From an uncultured Rikenellaceae bacterium (GTDB lineage Bacteria > Bacteroidota > Bacteroidia > Bacteroidales > VadinHA17): a stretch of DNA of 64,000 bases. Where the stretch lies: assembly GCA_964525415.1 (NCBI GenBank), contig CAZGGZ010000002.1, positions 17,764 through 81,763 on the forward strand. Reading direction: 5' to 3'. The first letter of the stretch is position 1; every line of letters starts with the position of its first letter. Made by a program: the position numbers and the translations under genes. Below are positions 8,851-18,401 of this stretch, in pieces. Under the pieces are notes generated by a model. That model worked only from the letters and a program-made list of their open reading frames with translations. It ran no database searches and was not told where the DNA came from.

Positions 8851-11800
8851 CTACTTCGCCCTCACCCACTTTATCGCATCACCGATCACAAGCCTGCCGG
8901 CCGACTGATTTGTAAGTTCCACTTTAGCACTGTCGGGTGTAAGATAATAGCGGCCCATGTTATGCCAGCCCGCATCTGTATTTTCAAAATCAACAGTTAT
9001 CTCTTCAACACCTTCATCATGGTATATTTTGTAATGCATATCCTTATAAAGGCTCTCCTGTCTGAATTCTTCCTGCGGCGGGGGTGGTGCATTTCCTCCA
9101 CCCGATATAGTCACACGTTCACTCATCTTTCCAACGTAGCAATAAATATCATAATAACCGGCTTCATCAATTGGTGTCATCCATTTGACAGATCTGTCGC
9201 CTGAGCTGCCTGCAGTATATACCGAAGAGAGAATATATCTTCCATAATAATAAGAGTTTACCACAGACTGCCAGTAATTCGGACGGTTATACCTTCTTAC
9301 CTGCTGATAGATCTCTCCGCTGCTGCTTTCTATCTTCAGCATTTTCTTGAGAGGCCCCTGAAACAACATTTGTCCAAGGTCAAATCCGGGATCTTCATTA
9401 TCGACAATTATTTCACCGGGGAAGGAAATCTTTGGCACCGACTCAAGCAGCTGCTCCCCGTCAGTAACCCCATTCCTGTTCTTGGATTTCTTTATTTCAT
9501 CAACGGGAATATTTATCTCTCCCGGTATATTCTTTGCATAAAGTGAATTGATCAGCATCTCCCGGGGCTCATAATCAAGAATTATACTTATCTTTTTTGC
9601 CTCCTCAGGTCCCAGCATCACAATTCTTGAGATATCGGTAACATCCATTCCCCTTCCCTGTTCCGAGGACGAATAAGCTCCCGATACACCCTGCTGAACA
9701 TTTAATGAAGTTTGACGGGAACCGCTTCCCTGACCACCGGTGCGGAATGAAATATTGAAGATCCCTGCAACAGGTTCAGGATTGGATGCGACAAATGTCA
9801 CCTTATACCTTACCCTGTCATCAACAACAATTTCATTTACCTGCACATCGGTAATAATAAATCCCGGCTGATCTTTTGAATTATACCAGTTATCAAGATA
9901 TGGATAAAACTCAAAGCCGAATTCTGCGTTAATATCCCCATTGAATTTCTTTATATCAATTCTCCGGAATTTATTATCTTCCACGTATTTCCTGAAATAA
10001 TCATTAAAATCTGTTATACCGGCTTTTGACCTTAACATGTTGAACAGATAGTCTCCTTTCATTGTTATTATCAGCCTGATAGTATCTATGGACGGATGCA
10101 TGGTAAGGAGTTCCCTGAAGCTTCCTGCCCTGAAGATCAGGTTTGTCCTGTCAATATCCGACAGGCTTCCCATATATGATCTGAAACCATAATCGCCTTC
10201 GCCCGGCACGTTCACTTTCTGAAGGTGGGATTCAAATACTGCATTTATGACAGGAAATTCCGAGGAGAAGAAATTGTTCTTATAAAAATAAAAGCTTGGT
10301 CCGAGACGGTACCTTGTGGGTTCATTTATTATGATTCCGTTCCTGAATGTGAAAGCTTCCCCGCTTATAAAAGTATTTCTTATAAAATCATTGAATATTC
10401 TTACCTGCAGTTCCTTGTCGGTTATGACCTGGTTGTTCCTTTCCATCCTTTTTTTATTGCGGGTAAACCTTCTCTTAAATCCTGCTCCCTGTGTCGTTGA
10501 TAATTTTTCCGGAAGCAGAACCATTGAAGGCTGAACCTCAGCCCTGGTCTGGGTGCTCATCCTTGGAAGGGAATAGAATTGGACAGGCACTTCAAGAAGG
10601 CTCAGTGTTCTGAACGGATACTTTGTTGAGAAATTTACCTCCAGGTCCCTCATAATTCCCGAAACAAGAAGCGGCAGAGTGTCCCTGATTTCAGCGAGAT
10701 CCTTTTTGTAGTAATCATTTCCCTGGAAATAATGGCTTATATATTTGAGAGTATCAAGCTTAAGAGTGTCCGACCTGTAATCGCCTATGGCAAGAGTCAG
10801 ACCTGTGAGAGGCGATTCGGGAGTGAAGACCGAATATCCTTCAGACGAATTCATTATTCCCTGCGAAACTGCCGTAAGTCCTTCTGCCGGTTTTACTTTC
10901 AATGTAAAATTTGTGAAATCAACTTTTATCCTTGCCGGATTTGAAGGATAATAATTGAGTCCGGGTACAGGATACCAGTGAGTCTCGGGAATCAGCAGCA
11001 CATATTTATCGGAAAGGAATGCCTGCCTCTTATGAACATTCAGCATCTGAATCTGGTAAGGATGTTCCTTGATATTTTCAACATAGTCGGGATAGCAGAA
11101 CGATTCATTTATCGTTCCGGAATATGAAACCGACAGGCTGTCTTCTTCTCCCGGAAGAAGCTTTTTCAATGGATCAATTTCAATAATATGATTTGTGTTT
11201 CTGAAACTGAGATTCTTCCCTCCTGAAGTGACTGCAGTGACTTTCAAACCCGGATTGAGTGAAAAATAGTACTTATCGAGGCTGTCATTATTTTCATTGA
11301 TGAACTTCAGCGCAGCAAGAGCTTCAAACGAATTTCCGTTATGAACAAGATCAATTTCAGCATCAGTCAGCGAAACAAAATTCCTGTCCTCAAACTGTCT
11401 GTTGGTCTCTATCACCAGGCTTCGTTCATCTGTGTCTTTCCTGTATGAGGAATATACATTGAAGGTACAGACAGCTGAACCCGCCAGGAATATGACCATG
11501 AAAAAATAACTTAATACAGTATATGTCCGTGATTGTGGCAATCTCCTGAACAGAAGGATAGTTACAAATACAAATGAAAGTCCGAGGAAAAAATAGATCA
11601 GGCGCTGGTTCAGAATAAACAGCAGGTTATCAAATCCTATTACATTCGATTTATAGAGCGGGAGGCCGAATGCCATATAATCAAATATCGAGCTGAACCG
11701 GAAATAAAGCCAGAAAATATCGAGTGCAGCTATTCCAAGCAGGATAAGAAATGTGATAGCCTGGTTCCTGATCAGAGACATCAGCATGAAAGCAAGACCC

Positions 11801-12285
11801 AGGCTGAACAATATTGTCGGAACACAAATAATCAGAAGATAGTAAAGGTATGACAGCAGATCAACTGTCATTTTATTTGAAGTTAAATTGACAATGAGGG
11901 CAATAATAAGTATTATGACATCAAGACCCAGAAAAAGCCTGAGAATGCCCCATGTCTTTCCCATGATATATTCAAAGTTCGACATCGACCTGGTGTAGAG
12001 GACTTCATTGGTATCAACCTTCTTGTCTCTTTTGAGAAAGTCGGCGGCCAGGAAGATGACCACCACAGCCTGCCCTATATTAAGTATATAAAGATTAAAA
12101 AGGGGCACCGATGACGGAATGGAAATAAATCCCCAGGGTTCATCCCCGACCGGGGAGAAAAGTCCAATATTCATTATTGTGAGAAAGAACAATGCACCAA
12201 TTGAAAAGAGCCTGAAGAACCAGCTTCGCCTCAGTATTGTCGCTTCGTACCTTGCGACCGTTCTTATGTTATGAAGAAGCGTCAT
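8851..12285 (-). CDS. Large membrane protein: N-terminal ABC-2-like multi-TM permease region fused to an ~850-aa extracytoplasmic region ending in a golvesin-C-like domain
   Basis: 1144 aa. About 7 hydrophobic helices fall in residues 20-280 and the rest is soluble. The C-terminus (...YYGRYILSSVY...GYYDIYCYVGK...YKIYHDEG...AGWHNMGRYYLTPDSAKVELTNQSAGRLVIGDAIKWV) matches the pattern I recall for golvesin/xanthan-lyase-type C-terminal domains. No HExxH motif occurs anywhere. It lies 16 nt downstream of an ABC ATPase gene. Confidence 0.6.
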   Translation of the reverse strand: MTLLHNIRTVARYEATILRRSWFFRLFSIGALFFLTIMNIGLFSPVGDEPWGFISIPSSVPLFNLYILNIGQAVVVIFLAADFLKRDKKVDTNEVLYTRSMSNFEYIMGKTWGILRLFLGLDVIILIIALIVNLTSNKMTVDLLSYLYYLLIICVPTILFSLGLAFMLMSLIRNQAITFLILLGIAALDIFWLYFRFSSIFDYMAFGLPLYKSNVIGFDNLLFILNQRLIYFFLGLSFVFVTILLFRRLPQSRTYTVLSYFFMVIFLAGSAVCTFNVYSSYRKDTDERSLVIETNRQFEDRNFVSLTDAEIDLVHNGNSFEALAALKFINENNDSLDKYYFSLNPGLKVTAVTSGGKNLSFRNTNHIIEIDPLKKLLPGEEDSLSVSYSGTINESFCYPDYVENIKEHPYQIQMLNVHKRQAFLSDKYVLLIPETHWYPVPGLNYYPSNPARIKVDFTNFTLKVKPAEGLTAVSQGIMNSSEGYSVFTPESPLTGLTLAIGDYRSDTLKLDTLKYISHYFQGNDYYKKDLAEIRDTLPLLVSGIMRDLEVNFSTKYPFRTLSLLEVPVQFYSLPRMSTQTRAEVQPSMVLLPEKLSTTQGAGFKRRFTRNKKRMERNNQVITDKELQVRIFNDFIRNTFISGEAFTFRNGIIINEPTRYRLGPSFYFYKNNFFSSEFPVINAVFESHLQKVNVPGEGDYGFRSYMGSLSDIDRTNLIFRAGSFRELLTMHPSIDTIRLIITMKGDYLFNMLRSKAGITDFNDYFRKYVEDNKFRRIDIKKFNGDINAEFGFEFYPYLDNWYNSKDQPGFIITDVQVNEIVVDDRVRYKVTFVASNPEPVAGIFNISFRTGGQGSGSRQTSLNVQQGVSGAYSSSEQGRGMDVTDISRIVMLGPEEAKKISIILDYEPREMLINSLYAKNIPGEINIPVDEIKKSKNRNGVTDGEQLLESVPKISFPGEIIVDNEDPGFDLGQMLFQGPLKKMLKIESSSGEIYQQVRRYNRPNYWQSVVNSYYYGRYILSSVYTAGSSGDRSVKWMTPIDEAGYYDIYCYVGKMSERVTISGGGNAPPPPQEEFRQESLYKDMHYKIYHDEGVEEITVDFENTDAGWHNMGRYYLTPDSAKVELTNQSAGRLVIGDAIKWVRAK

Positions 12286-12301
12286 TTTTCCCCCGGTGAC
12301 C

Positions 12302-13195
12302 TTAATCAGTTAAATCGGCGTGCATCATATGCTCCATATAATATACGTATGCATGCTCAATATTCGGTATTATTGGTGTTGATTCAAATTCCGGTTTTTC
12401 ATCAGCGACGATCTGCACTTCCCAGCCTGTTTCAACCGGAATTGTGGAGATCACATCATATCGTTCCTTGACTGTTTCATAATCCTGTGGCGAAAGGTTA
12501 AGCTTGAATACATGACCTTCAGCCTGCCTGACCAGGTTTTCAGGGGATCCGTTAAAAACCAGCTCTCCCCTGTTAAGGAGCGCCATACCCTGGCATGTTG
12601 AGGAGATATCCCCGACAATATGTGTTGAAAGGATTATTATAACGTCATTCTGGCTTAATTGAGAAAGAATATTTCTGAACCTTATTCTTTCATCGGGATC
12701 AAGTCCTGTGGTCGGCTCATCAACCACAATGATCCGCGGATTGCCGATTAGAGCCTGTGCGATGCCGAGCCTTCTTTTCATTCCTCCCGACAGCTTGTTT
12801 GCCTGGCGGTCGCGAACCTCAAGCAGGCCTACCTGGTCGAGGAGCCTGTCAACTTCTGTCAGTCTTTGCTTCCTGTTCTTCATCCCTGCCAGCGAACCTG
12901 AATAATCAAGAAATTCCCAGGTTTTAAGCGATGTGAAGAATCGGAAATCCTGCGGAAGATAGCCAAGCATGCTTCGGATCTCCTTCCTGTGCTTCTGGAT
13001 ATCTTTACCGTCTACAAGCACCATACCGGAAGAGGGCTTCATAAGGGTCACTATTATTCTCATCAGGCTTGATTTACCCGCGCCGTTAGGTCCGAGAAGC
13101 CCGAACATACCTGTTTCCAGCTCCAGGTTAATATCTTTCAATGCTTGATTGCCATTGGGATATATCTTGTTCAGCCCCTGAATCTCAATTTTCAT
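12302..13195 (-). CDS. ABC transporter ATP-binding protein
   Basis: 297 aa with Walker A GPNGAGKSS, signature LSGGMKRR and Walker B IIVVDEPTTGLD. Confidence 0.92.
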   Translation of the reverse strand: MKIEIQGLNKIYPNGNQALKDINLELETGMFGLLGPNGAGKSSLMRIIVTLMKPSSGMVLVDGKDIQKHRKEIRSMLGYLPQDFRFFTSLKTWEFLDYSGSLAGMKNRKQRLTEVDRLLDQVGLLEVRDRQANKLSGGMKRRLGIAQALIGNPRIIVVDEPTTGLDPDERIRFRNILSQLSQNDVIIILSTHIVGDISSTCQGMALLNRGELVFNGSPENLVRQAEGHVFKLNLSPQDYETVKERYDVISTIPVETGWEVQIVADEKPEFESTPIIPNIEHAYVYYMEHMMHADLTD

Positions 13196-13314
13196 TATAA
13201 CGGAGAGGTATTAGGTAGTTTCCTGCGGTTATTACGGAATAAAGACGTAGTTTATTTCAAATGTTGCGTAAAGGTCTGTATTTATTTTATTAATTCCTTG
13301 TAAAAACAAATTCA

Positions 13315-13322
13315 TACTTTTG
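13315..13322 (+). promoter_or_regulatory. Candidate Bacteroidota -7 promoter box (TACTTTTG) for the HD-hydrolase/lpx cluster
   Basis: Matches TAnnTTTG and lies 21 nt upstream of the GTG start at 13343. The -33 element is weak. Confidence 0.35.
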
Positions 13323-13342
13323 TAGGTTAACAAATCTTAAAA

Positions 13343-14596
13343 GTGGCATTTATTACCAATAAACGAAAGATAATCAATGATCCCGTCTATGGATTCATAA
13401 ATATTCCGGGAGATTTTATTTTTGATGTCATTGAGCATCCATGGTTCCAGAGGCTGCGCAATATTAAACAGCTGGGGCTTACGAGCTTTGTTTACCCGGG
13501 TGCCGTCCACAGCAGGTTTCAGCATTGCCTCGGGGCATTGCACCTCATGGATCTCTCGCTGAAGACACTTAAGAGCAAGGGTGTAGAAATATCACCTGAG
13601 GAAGAAGAAGCAGCTCAGATCGCCATAATTCTTCATGATTCAGGACACGGTCCTTTTTCACATGCGCTGGAAACATCAATAATCACCGGGATCTCGCATG
13701 AAGATCTTTCCCTTCTCATGATGAGGAAGATGAATGAATTTTATAGTGGAAAGCTAAGCCTTGCCATTGAAATATTCCAGGGAACTTATCACCGGAAGTT
13801 TCTTCACGAACTTATTGCAGGACAGATGGATATGGACAGGCTCGATTATCTGCGCCGCGACAGTTTCTTTACCGGTGTAATCGAAGGATCGGTCGGATCT
13901 GACCGTATCATCCGTATGCTGAATGTTGTCGGCGACAGCCTTGTGATAGATGAAAAAGGCATCTATTCACTCGAAAAATTCCTGATAGCCCGGCGGCTTA
14001 TGTACTGGCAGGTATACATGCATAAAACAGTGCTTTCATCAGAGAACCTGCTTGTAAAAATACTGAAACGCGCAAAGGACCTTGCTGTAGAAGGGATCGA
14101 CCTCTATGCCACTCCGGCCCTCAGGTTCTTCCTTTATAATAAAATCGGACCCGATGATCTTCTGAGGGAAGGGAATTTCACACCCGGACTTATAGCTTCC
14201 ACATTTACCCGGCTTGATGATTCTGATATACTTGTGTCAGCAAAATACTGGGCTGACCATTCCGACAGGATTCTTTCCGATCTGTCTGCAAGGCTGATGA
14301 AAAGAGACCTTCTCGCAATAGAACTGCAGAATGAACCGTTCCCTAAAGAGAGAGTGAACAAGCTGAAGGCAATGACAGCTGATATCAAAGGCATTAGCAG
14401 GGAAATGACTGAATTTTACGTGTTTACAAACAGCATCTCAAACCTGGCATACACTCCCGATGCTCCGGAGGTAAGAATACTTCTAAAGTCGGGGATAACA
14501 GCAGATATCTCAACAGTATCGGACATGTTTGATCACAGGTTCCTGTCGGAGAGAATAACCAAATACTATTTATGCTATCCAAAAGAATGCAGATAA
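13343..14596 (+). CDS. HD-domain phosphohydrolase (dNTPase-like)
   Basis: 417 aa. It has the HD-superfamily motifs RFQHCLGALHL and ILHDSGHGPFSH...D.LDYLRRD. The N-terminus KIINDPVYGFI is typical of this family. Confidence 0.85.
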   Translation: MAFITNKRKIINDPVYGFINIPGDFIFDVIEHPWFQRLRNIKQLGLTSFVYPGAVHSRFQHCLGALHLMDLSLKTLKSKGVEISPEEEEAAQIAIILHDSGHGPFSHALETSIITGISHEDLSLLMMRKMNEFYSGKLSLAIEIFQGTYHRKFLHELIAGQMDMDRLDYLRRDSFFTGVIEGSVGSDRIIRMLNVVGDSLVIDEKGIYSLEKFLIARRLMYWQVYMHKTVLSSENLLVKILKRAKDLAVEGIDLYATPALRFFLYNKIGPDDLLREGNFTPGLIASTFTRLDDSDILVSAKYWADHSDRILSDLSARLMKRDLLAIELQNEPFPKERVNKLKAMTADIKGISREMTEFYVFTNSISNLAYTPDAPEVRILLKSGITADISTVSDMFDHRFLSERITKYYLCYPKECR

Positions 14597-14611
14597 TTAA
14601 CTATATGAATT

Positions 14612-15649
14612 ATGGAATTTACAGCAGCAACAATAGCAGGATTTCTGAAAGGTGAAATCGTGGGAGATCCGGACACAATTATCAACACTGTCGCTAAAAT
14701 TGAAGAGGGACATGAAGGAGCGCTCTCATTCCTTGCAAATCCGAAATACGAACATTACCTGTATACAACAAAATCATCAATCGTCCTGGTCAACAAAAGC
14801 CTTGTCCCTTCCGCAAAGGTCAGCGCCACAATGATCAGGGTGAACAATGCCTATGAATCATTTGCTGCGCTGCTCCAGCTTGTCGACCAGACAAAGCCAA
14901 GGAAAAAAGGGATTCATCCGGCAGCGGTTATCGAGCCGACAGCAAAAATCGGGACAGATGTTTATGTGGGAGCTTTTGCATATATCGGCGATGATGCAGT
15001 TATAAGCGATAAATGCTCAGTTTATCCGCACGTTTATATCGGGGACAGAACCAGAATCGGCAGCGGATGCACTCTTTATTCCGGTGTCAGAATCTATCAT
15101 GAATGTATTATAGGTGCAGGCTGTACCATACACGCAGGAACAGTAATCGGCAGCGACGGATTCGGATTCGCGCCGCAATCTGAAACAGAATTCATAAAAA
15201 TACCCCAGATCGGGAATGTTATCATAGAAGATCATGTGGAGATAGGAGCAAATGTCGCAATTGACCGTGCAACAATGGGCTCTACAATAATACGGAAAGG
15301 AGTGAAGCTTGACAACCTGATCCAGATAGGGCATAATGTTGAAGTGGGTGAAAACACTGTTATGGCTGCGCTGTCAGGAATTTCAGGTTCGACTAAATTG
15401 GGCAAAAACTGTATGATCGGAGGGCAGGTTGGGTTTGCGGGCCATTCGAAAATAGCTGATGGGGTAAGAATAGGAGCTCAGTCAGGTATTCCCGGAAATA
15501 TAAAAAAGGAAAATTCTGTACTGATCGGTTATCCGGCCATCGACCATAGAAATTTCTTAAGATCCTCAATAATTTTTCAGAGACTGCCTGAGCTTAATGC
15601 AAAAGTGGATGAGCTTGCAAAGGAGATCGAATTACTTAAGAATAAGTAA
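14612..15649 (+). CDS. lpxD: UDP-3-O-(3-hydroxyacyl)glucosamine N-acyltransferase
   Basis: 345 aa with a long hexapeptide (left-handed beta-helix) repeat region. It has an LpxD-type N-terminal domain and sits in an lpx cluster. Confidence 0.9.
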   Translation: MEFTAATIAGFLKGEIVGDPDTIINTVAKIEEGHEGALSFLANPKYEHYLYTTKSSIVLVNKSLVPSAKVSATMIRVNNAYESFAALLQLVDQTKPRKKGIHPAAVIEPTAKIGTDVYVGAFAYIGDDAVISDKCSVYPHVYIGDRTRIGSGCTLYSGVRIYHECIIGAGCTIHAGTVIGSDGFGFAPQSETEFIKIPQIGNVIIEDHVEIGANVAIDRATMGSTIIRKGVKLDNLIQIGHNVEVGENTVMAALSGISGSTKLGKNCMIGGQVGFAGHSKIADGVRIGAQSGIPGNIKKENSVLIGYPAIDHRNFLRSSIIFQRLPELNAKVDELAKEIELLKNK

Positions 15650-15768
15650 GTTTGCGGGACGGTCTAATGGAAAATAACTGAAATTTATGCAGTTATAAGC
15701 TCTTTTTTTAGCTTGTTCTGATTTTTTTTGTTTTTTTTGTACACGAGAATATTTTGATTTGTCAACTG

Positions 15769-17163
15769 ATGGGCGAAAAACAAAGGACACTGGCAAAAGA
15801 AGTCAGTCTTAATGGTAAGGGATTGCATTCGGGGATTAATGTGACAATAACATTCAAGCCCGCACCGGCAAACCATGGGTTTAAGTTCTGCAGGACTGAT
15901 CTTCCGGGGAAGCCTGTAATTGATGCTCTTGCCGAGCATGTTACAGATACATCAAGGGGTACGACACTGGTTCAGAATAATGCTTCGGTGGCAACAATAG
16001 AACATGTACTTGCAGCCCTGCATGGCATGCAGGTTGATAATGCCCTGATTGAGCTCAATGGTCCGGAAGCGCCCATAATGGGAGGCTCAGCATCAGCATT
16101 TGTTGAGGCTGTCAGGGAAGCCGGCTTTGCCGAACTTAAGGAAGACAGGAATTATTTTGTAGTAAAACAGAAAATTACATTCTCTGATGAAGAGCATGGC
16201 GTCGACCTGATAGTCTATCCCGATGACCATCTCAGCATCAATGTGCTTATTGACTATAATTCAAGGATCCTTGGCAACCAGTACGCTATTCTTGATTCAA
16301 TAAAAGACTTCGAGGAAAAAATTTCTAAAAGCCGCACTTTTGTCTTTTTCCATGAGCTTGAACCTCTTCATAATATGGGGCTTATAAAGGGCGGAGATCT
16401 CGATAATGCGGTTGTCATCCTCGAAAAGGAAGTTGAACAGACTGAAATAGACCGCATTGCAAAGCTTTTTAACAGGCCCGGGATAAACAAGCATACAGCA
16501 GGTATACTTAATAATACAGAGCTCAGATATCCTAATGAACCCGCCCGTCACAAGCTGCTCGACATAATGGGCGACCTTGCGCTTGTAGGCCTACCGATAA
16601 AGGGCAAAGTAGTTGCAACCCGCCCCGGTCATTATGCCAACACACGGCTTGCAAAGCTGATGAGACAGGAAATGAAGAAATCACTCTCCAAACTTAATAT
16701 TCCTGTATACGATACTTCCCTGCCTCCGGTTTATAGCCTTGAGGACATAAAGAAACGTCTTCCGCACAGGGCGCCTTTCCTGCTGGTCGATAAAATAATA
16801 TCGCTGGACTCAAATAGTGTCGTGGGGATTAAGAATGTCACCTTTAATGAACCTTTCTTTCAGGGACATTTTCCCGATGAACCTGTCATGCCGGGAGTAC
16901 TTCTGGTGGAAGCCCTTGCCCAGACAGGCGGAATCCTTGTCCTGCATAATATTGAAGATCCGGAAAAATATTCAACATATTTTCTGAAGATCGATAAACT
17001 TAAATTCAAGCATAAGGTTGTTCCCGGTGATACGGTTATTCTTAAAATGGAACTTATAGAACCGATGCGGAGGGGAATTGTTACGATGTACGGTCAGGCT
17101 TTTGTCGGCAATAACCTTGTGGTTGAAGGTGAGATGACAGCTCAGGTAATCAAGAACAAATAG
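15769..17163 (+). CDS. lpxC: Bifunctional UDP-3-O-acyl-GlcNAc deacetylase / 3-hydroxyacyl-ACP dehydratase (LpxC/FabZ fusion)
   Basis: The N-terminal half is LpxC-like (TIEHVLAALHG, HKLLDIMGDLAL). The C-terminal half is FabZ hotdog (LPHRAPFLLVDKI...FFQGHFP..PVMPGVL). The track ORF starts at a TTG at 15754; the ATG at 15769 is more likely. Confidence 0.92.
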   Translation: MGEKQRTLAKEVSLNGKGLHSGINVTITFKPAPANHGFKFCRTDLPGKPVIDALAEHVTDTSRGTTLVQNNASVATIEHVLAALHGMQVDNALIELNGPEAPIMGGSASAFVEAVREAGFAELKEDRNYFVVKQKITFSDEEHGVDLIVYPDDHLSINVLIDYNSRILGNQYAILDSIKDFEEKISKSRTFVFFHELEPLHNMGLIKGGDLDNAVVILEKEVEQTEIDRIAKLFNRPGINKHTAGILNNTELRYPNEPARHKLLDIMGDLALVGLPIKGKVVATRPGHYANTRLAKLMRQEMKKSLSKLNIPVYDTSLPPVYSLEDIKKRLPHRAPFLLVDKIISLDSNSVVGIKNVTFNEPFFQGHFPDEPVMPGVLLVEALAQTGGILVLHNIEDPEKYSTYFLKIDKLKFKHKVVPGDTVILKMELIEPMRRGIVTMYGQAFVGNNLVVEGEMTAQVIKNK

Positions 17164-17170
17164 TATTTCA

Positions 17171-17947
17171 ATGATATCGGAATCAGCATATATTCATCCT
17201 GATGCAAAGATTGGTGAAAATGTTACTATTGAACCATTTGCATATGTCGCCGGCAATGTCATTATCGGCGACGGGACATGGTTAGGCCCAAATTCCGTAG
17301 TGATGGACGGGGCAAGGATCGGAAAGAACTGCAGGATATTTCCCACGGCTGTAATATCTGCAATACCACAGGATCTCAAGTTCAGGGGAGAAGAAACAAC
17401 TGCAGAACTGGGTGATAATACAACTATGCGCGAAGGGGCTACGGTTAACCGGGGAACCGCAGCTTCAGGCAGGACAATAGTGGGGCAGAACTGCCTCCTG
17501 ATGGCCTATTCACACATAGGTCATGATTGCCATGTTGGCAACAATTGCATTCTTGGAAACGGAGCAGGTATGGCCGGCGAAGTGAAAGTTGATGACTGGG
17601 CAATATTAAGCGCAGGAACACTGGTACATCAGTTCGCCAGGATCGGAGCACATGTTATTATAGGCGGCGCCTGTAAAGTACGCATTGATGTTCCGCCGTT
17701 CATCAAAGCCGACCGGGATCCCCTCTGTTACCTCGGATTGAATACAGTTGGACTTACCCGCAGAGGATTTGAAAAAGAGAGAATTGATGAAATACACAAC
17801 ATATACAGGGTGATATACCAGAACGGAATGAATTTCTCACAGGCCCTTGAACTTGTTGAAAAGGAATTCAAACCATCACCCGACAGGGATTACATCTTAT
17901 CATTCATTAGAAACTCAGAACGGGGAATCATCCGGGGACCGCGATAA
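17171..17947 (+). CDS. lpxA: Acyl-ACP--UDP-N-acetylglucosamine O-acyltransferase
   Basis: 258 aa with hexapeptide repeats followed by the LpxA C-terminal helical domain. It directly follows lpxC/fabZ. Confidence 0.92.
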   Translation: MISESAYIHPDAKIGENVTIEPFAYVAGNVIIGDGTWLGPNSVVMDGARIGKNCRIFPTAVISAIPQDLKFRGEETTAELGDNTTMREGATVNRGTAASGRTIVGQNCLLMAYSHIGHDCHVGNNCILGNGAGMAGEVKVDDWAILSAGTLVHQFARIGAHVIIGGACKVRIDVPPFIKADRDPLCYLGLNTVGLTRRGFEKERIDEIHNIYRVIYQNGMNFSQALELVEKEFKPSPDRDYILSFIRNSERGIIRGPR

Positions 17948-17956
17948 GCAAAAAAG

Positions 17957-17988
17957 GTGCGAGAGTGCGTGAGTGCGTGAGAGCGGGA
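17957..17988. repeat. 8-bp tandem repeat x4 (GTGCGAGA GTGCGTGA GTGCGTGA GAGCGGGA)
   Basis: Read directly. It begins 10 nt after the lpxA stop, between convergent lpxA and yccF. Confidence 0.8.
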
Positions 17989-18015
17989 AAAACCATGTGT
18001 CTCCGTGGTGATATT

Positions 18016-18390
18016 TCAGATACTTACTATATCTCTTCCAAAGGGATTAAGAGCTATTGCTGTGAGTTTAAAATGCTGCATTCCAAATGGAATACCAACG
18101 ATGGTGATGCATAATAGCAATCCGAACAATGCGTGCGTGATAGCAATACAAATACCTCCGCAGATAAGCCAGAGTACATTCATTATTATGTACAGGCAGC
18201 CTGAAGCCCTCTCATGGACCCGGGTATCACGACCGAACGGCCATATTGCGAGCGCTCCCATTTTCAGGGTCTGAAGTCCAAAAGGAATTCCTACGATCGT
18301 AACCATCAGGGCAATGCTTCCTATGAAATACTCAATAGCTATTACAATTCCCCCGAATATCAGCCATATTATGTTTCCCAGTATGCTCAT
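18016..18390 (-). CDS. yccF: YccF-domain inner-membrane protein
   Basis: 124 aa with an internal duplication of the motif IVGIPFG.Q..K....A..PFGR. Confidence 0.8.
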   Translation of the reverse strand: MSILGNIIWLIFGGIVIAIEYFIGSIALMVTIVGIPFGLQTLKMGALAIWPFGRDTRVHERASGCLYIIMNVLWLICGGICIAITHALFGLLLCITIVGIPFGMQHFKLTAIALNPFGRDIVSI

Positions 18391-18401
18391 TGAAAAATAA
18401 T

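Noticed and set aside
8824-9204. Track ORFs that read through repeat elements (8824-9204 +, 28596-28823 -, 55077-55475 +, 24713-25048 -)
   Set aside because: Each exists only because a GC-rich repeat lacks stop codons, and each overlaps a well-supported gene on the other strand. Their shared peptide-like strings (PVAGxRSP) reflect the DNA repeat, not a protein family.
8851-12285. Calling the 1144-aa protein an ABC permease/M1 aminopeptidase fusion
   Set aside because: I could find no HExxH zinc-binding motif and no GxMEN-like motif in the translated sequence. A peptidase call is therefore not supportable from sequence alone.
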